DNA of 64,000 bases from Acidimicrobiales bacterium (GTDB taxonomy: Bacteria > Actinomycetota > Acidimicrobiia > Acidimicrobiales > CATQHL01). Every line of letters begins with the position of its first letter. Position 1 is the stretch's first letter. The position numbers and the translations under genes were made by a program. Below, piece after piece: positions 61,294 through 64,000 of the stretch. The notes under the pieces are model-generated. The model made no database searches, had not been told where the DNA came from, and saw nothing but the letters and a program-made list of their open reading frames with translations. The DNA lies in the NCBI GenBank assembly GCA_965116465.1, contig OZ220687.1, forward strand, positions 2,436,596 through 2,500,595, given 5' to 3'.

Positions 61294-62663
61294 GGTTCTA
61301 CGCGTTTTGTGGGGCAGCGGGGATTCGGTTGTCTGGCGGCTTCAGTGTGTCATGCGCAGCGGTGCAGGACGCGCTGGCGGTAGTTCTCGGCGTTCCTGTA
61401 GCCGAATCCTTGGCGTTTGACGGCCTTGATGATCCGGTTGGTGCCTTCGGTGGGGCCGTTGGTGAGCCGGCGGTCGAAGTAGGCGAGCAGTTCGGGCTGC
61501 CACGCTCGGAGGGTGCGGGCGAGGCGGTTCGTCTCGGCGACGTCGAAGGTGTCGGCGTGGTGGTGCCAGTCCGCCAGCGCCGCCTCGGCGGCGGGCCGGT
61601 CGGTGCTGGCGTAGAGGTCGGCGAGCATCTCCTTGAGCGTCCAGGCGCATTCGAGTTCGTCCCAGCAGTCCGCCCCGAAGGCGGCGTCGAGGCGCTCCCA
61701 GGCCGCCGCTGTGAGGTGGTGGCGGGAGCGCAGCAGGTCCCGGCGCACCGCCCACAGCGGGTCGCCGGTGCGCCCCCGGTGGCCGGTGAGTTCCTGCTGG
61801 CGCCGGCAGCGCACCTCGGTGAGCGCCTGGGCGGCGAGGCGCTGCATGTGGAACCGGTCCGCCACCCGCACCGCGTGTGGGGCGAGGTCCCGCACGGCGG
61901 CCTTGTAGCCGGCGTAGGGGTCGATCACCACCGCCTCGATCTCCCTGACCTGCTCGCCGAGTTCTTCCAGGCGGGCGACGAGGGCTTTCTTCGAGCGGCC
62001 CTCGATGAGGTCCCACAGCCGGGACGTGTCCAGGTCCACCAGGCCGGTCATGAAGCTGCGGTGGCGCCTGAAGGTGGTCTCGTCGATGCCGAGGCGCCGC
62101 GGCGGCGCCTGGGGCAGCCCGGCCATCTTGCGGCGTGCGGCAGCGGCGATCGCCCGCCACGCCGTGGACCAGCTCACCCTGAAGGAGCGAGCCACCGCCG
62201 CAGTCGACCGGTCCCAGGCCGCTCGAGCCATGGCCCCACACAGCCGGGCGGTCACCCGCCGCCGCCGGGGCACCTGGCCGGTGGACTCAGTGAAGGTCCG
62301 AACGCAGCCCGGTGTGGCGCAACGGAACCGGCGCTTGGTCCACACCAGCATCGTCGGGCGCTCATAGCTCAGGCCGTCGCGCACCCGCTGGGTCCGATAC
62401 TCCTTGACCCTCGAGCTGAAGGTCCCACACCGCGGGCACGCCGCATCCGGGCGCGCCAGACGCACCGACACCTCCAACCCGCCGACGACGGTCTCGACCG
62501 CGCCGGTCACCTCGAAGTCCTCCAACCCCGACAGCACACGCGTAACATCACCCATCTCGGGGCCTCCTTCTCTGGACAGCTGTCACTGCCAGACTCGCGA
62601 GGCCCCGACCCGCGCACGCGGACCCTCAACTCAGAGCACCTGCCCCATCAACCGCGTAGAGCC
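61294..62663 (-). mobile_element. ISL3-family insertion sequence, 1370 bp
   Basis: Terminal inverted repeats GGTTCTACGCGTTTTGTGGGGCAG (61294-61317) and the reverse complement of 62640-62663, GGCTCTACGCGGTTGATGGGGCAG (20/24 match). They enclose one transposase gene. The flanking 8-mers GGCATTCC and ATCAAACC differ. Confidence 0.85.
61350..62555 (-). CDS. ISL3-family transposase
   Basis: 401 aa. N-terminal MGDVTRVLSGLEDFEVTG, zinc finger CPRCGTFSSRVKEY and DDE region LGIDETTFRRHRSFMTGLVDLD. Confidence 0.85.
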   Translation of the reverse strand: MGDVTRVLSGLEDFEVTGAVETVVGGLEVSVRLARPDAACPRCGTFSSRVKEYRTQRVRDGLSYERPTMLVWTKRRFRCATPGCVRTFTESTGQVPRRRRVTARLCGAMARAAWDRSTAAVARSFRVSWSTAWRAIAAAARRKMAGLPQAPPRRLGIDETTFRRHRSFMTGLVDLDTSRLWDLIEGRSKKALVARLEELGEQVREIEAVVIDPYAGYKAAVRDLAPHAVRVADRFHMQRLAAQALTEVRCRRQQELTGHRGRTGDPLWAVRRDLLRSRHHLTAAAWERLDAAFGADCWDELECAWTLKEMLADLYASTDRPAAEAALADWHHHADTFDVAETNRLARTLRAWQPELLAYFDRRLTNGPTEGTNRIIKAVKRQGFGYRNAENYRQRVLHRCA

Positions 62664-62762
62664 ATCAAACCGCCTCGGCACGTTGAGCTCTGCTGGTCGA
62701 CCAACTCAACCGGGTCCTGAATCTCTAGCTGTCAGCCTGGCTCATCGGGTCCGCGAAGGTCG

Positions 62763-63623
62763 TTACGCACAGGCTTCATCCTGGCTGGTCGCTTCGCGCG
62801 TACGGCGCCAAGGTGCAGCATCGTCATCGAGTGTGTCGAACATCAATGTGGCTATGAGGTTTGCAGCACCTGCTGCCAGTCGTCCATGTCGGCTCGTGAG
62901 GTTTACCGGAGGCTCGGCTCTACCGTGCCCGGTGCCGCGATCATTCCGCAGTTCGTTGATCGCAAGCGCAATTTGGAGAACACCGCCAAGGACTTTTCGG
63001 ACAGGTTCGACGAGATCCTCGCGCTCTGTGGGACTGCTCTTGGGATGCAACATTAGGACATCCAGCGCCCGCGCGACAAGTGCCGGATACGTGTTTGGAC
63101 AAGGCTCGCCGACGCGACTCAAGACTATCTTGGCGGTCGACTCTAAGAGTTCCTTGCTGGAGCCGAGCAGTAGAGCTGAATCGCCCTCCGAAAGTGCCGA
63201 GCGCATCCTTCGGACGTGTTCACGGACTGCTGCCTCGTCTGGAAGGGTTGTGATATCGGCGAGCGACTCTCGATTGCTCCCGATTTGCCCTTGAGAGTCA
63301 AGCGTGATCCCGTAGGACGCGAGCGATTCGACGAGCCGTTTGATTTCGTCGGCATCAGCTGCCTCGACGAATGATCTACCAGACACCGAGGGGCGATGAA
63401 GCAAGTCGAGTAGCTCTTGTATCATTGGCATTAGGTCTTGGTGTTCAACCGTCCTAATTGCGGCGCTTACACGGTCTCGCTTGCTGCCACCTGAGGGCTC
63501 AATCTCGAACATGGCCAGAACATCGTCGAGTTCACCATGTGTCGGGCCAGCACCGCCGGCCCAGAAGTCGGCCATTGCGCGTGCCAAGCGTGCGCCTTGG
63601 CGCTTTTCAGTGGACGGAGACAT
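62763..63623 (-). CDS. Abortive-infection C-terminal domain (Abi_C) family protein
   Basis: 286 aa. C-terminal INELRNDRGTGHGR matches the Abi_C NxxRNxxGxGHG signature. AT-richer than the core genome. Confidence 0.65.
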   Translation of the reverse strand: MSPSTEKRQGARLARAMADFWAGGAGPTHGELDDVLAMFEIEPSGGSKRDRVSAAIRTVEHQDLMPMIQELLDLLHRPSVSGRSFVEAADADEIKRLVESLASYGITLDSQGQIGSNRESLADITTLPDEAAVREHVRRMRSALSEGDSALLLGSSKELLESTAKIVLSRVGEPCPNTYPALVARALDVLMLHPKSSPTEREDLVEPVRKVLGGVLQIALAINELRNDRGTGHGRAEPPVNLTSRHGRLAAGAANLIATLMFDTLDDDAAPWRRTREATSQDEACA

Positions 63624-63721
63624 ACGTGTACCGTATCGCGACCCCCCACGGACTCGGCGTGAGGCAGGGGTTGAGGTGAGGGATGGGATTCGGCAGGATT
63701 GGGTTGGTACCGTGAGCGGCC

Positions 63722-64000
63722 GTGTCCGGGTACAAGCCGAAGCTGATTGAGGTAGCGCTGCCGTTGGCGGCGATCAATGCGGAGGCGGCTCGGGAGAAGT
63801 CGATTCGGCATGGGCATCCGTCGACGCTGCACCTCTGGTGGGCTCGGCGGCCGTTGGCGGCGGCTCGGGCGGTGATCTGGGCTTCGTTGGTGGACGATCC
63901 ATCGGGGGACGAGTCGCTGACGGCAGTGGAGCAAGAGGTGGAGCGGGAGCGGCTGTTCGGGATCCTTGAGCGCCTGGTGAGGTGGGAGAACTCCAACAAC
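63722..64000 (+). CDS. N-terminus of a DUF1156-domain DNA methyltransferase (anti-phage-associated family); 3' end outside the window
   Basis: Not in the ORF track. My translation from GTG 63722 (in-frame TGA at 63713-63715 upstream): [64 protein letters not shown]... This carries the [20 protein letters not shown] signature of DUF1156. Confidence 0.8.
   Translation, partial: MSGYKPKLIEVALPLAAINAEAAREKSIRHGHPSTLHLWWARRPLAAARAVIWASLVDDPSGDESLTAVEQEVERERLFGILERLVRWENSNN

Overview
High-G+C segment with actinobacterial-type, GC3-rich codon usage: core metabolism interrupted by two accessory islands. (1) 1-11432: a B12/corrinoid-dependent quaternary-amine demethylation operon. It holds two non-pyrrolysine MttB-family methyltransferases, a corrinoid protein, DUF1638, a methylcorrinoid:THF methyltransferase and a RamA-like reductive activase, preceded by two FAD/GcvT dimethylglycine/sarcosine dehydrogenase-family genes. 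(2) 11433-23893, accessory island 1: hicAB, a DUF222/HNH endonuclease, a diverged duplicate of the mttB 3' end, an orphan RHH antitoxin with a decapitated PIN toxin, small genes and a HicB remnant. It then carries a translationally coupled pair, a 1314-aa N6-adenine methyltransferase and a PLD-nuclease/SNF2-helicase fusion, followed by an AT-richer SIR2-like (DUF4917) gene. This trio is my best candidate for an undescribed defence module. (3) 23894-51029, core genes: MFS transporter, GFA protein, IclR regulator, EtfAB, a third FAD/GcvT dehydrogenase, fhs, a metF-like gene, ABC ATPase, LLM monooxygenase, P450, a peptide-type ABC importer with three tandem binding-protein paralogues, acyl-CoA ligase, crotonase, hydrolase, SDR and a DNA alkylation repair protein. 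(4) 51030-64000, accessory island 2: an ImmA-like remnant, an unassigned coupled gene pair, an SNF2-DUF3883 helicase-nuclease, a helicase+DUF2290 pair, an HTH protein, an ISL3 element without target duplication, an Abi_C protein, and the GTG-initiated 5' end of a DUF1156 methylase that the ORF track misses. No rRNA, tRNA or CRISPR array was found. Non-coding structure includes a REP-like hairpin family and a 61-nt tandem repeat that triplicates the fhs stop/metF start junction. All family names come from motif recognition and memory, not searches. Many long track ORFs are out-of-frame or antisense artefacts of the high G+C content.
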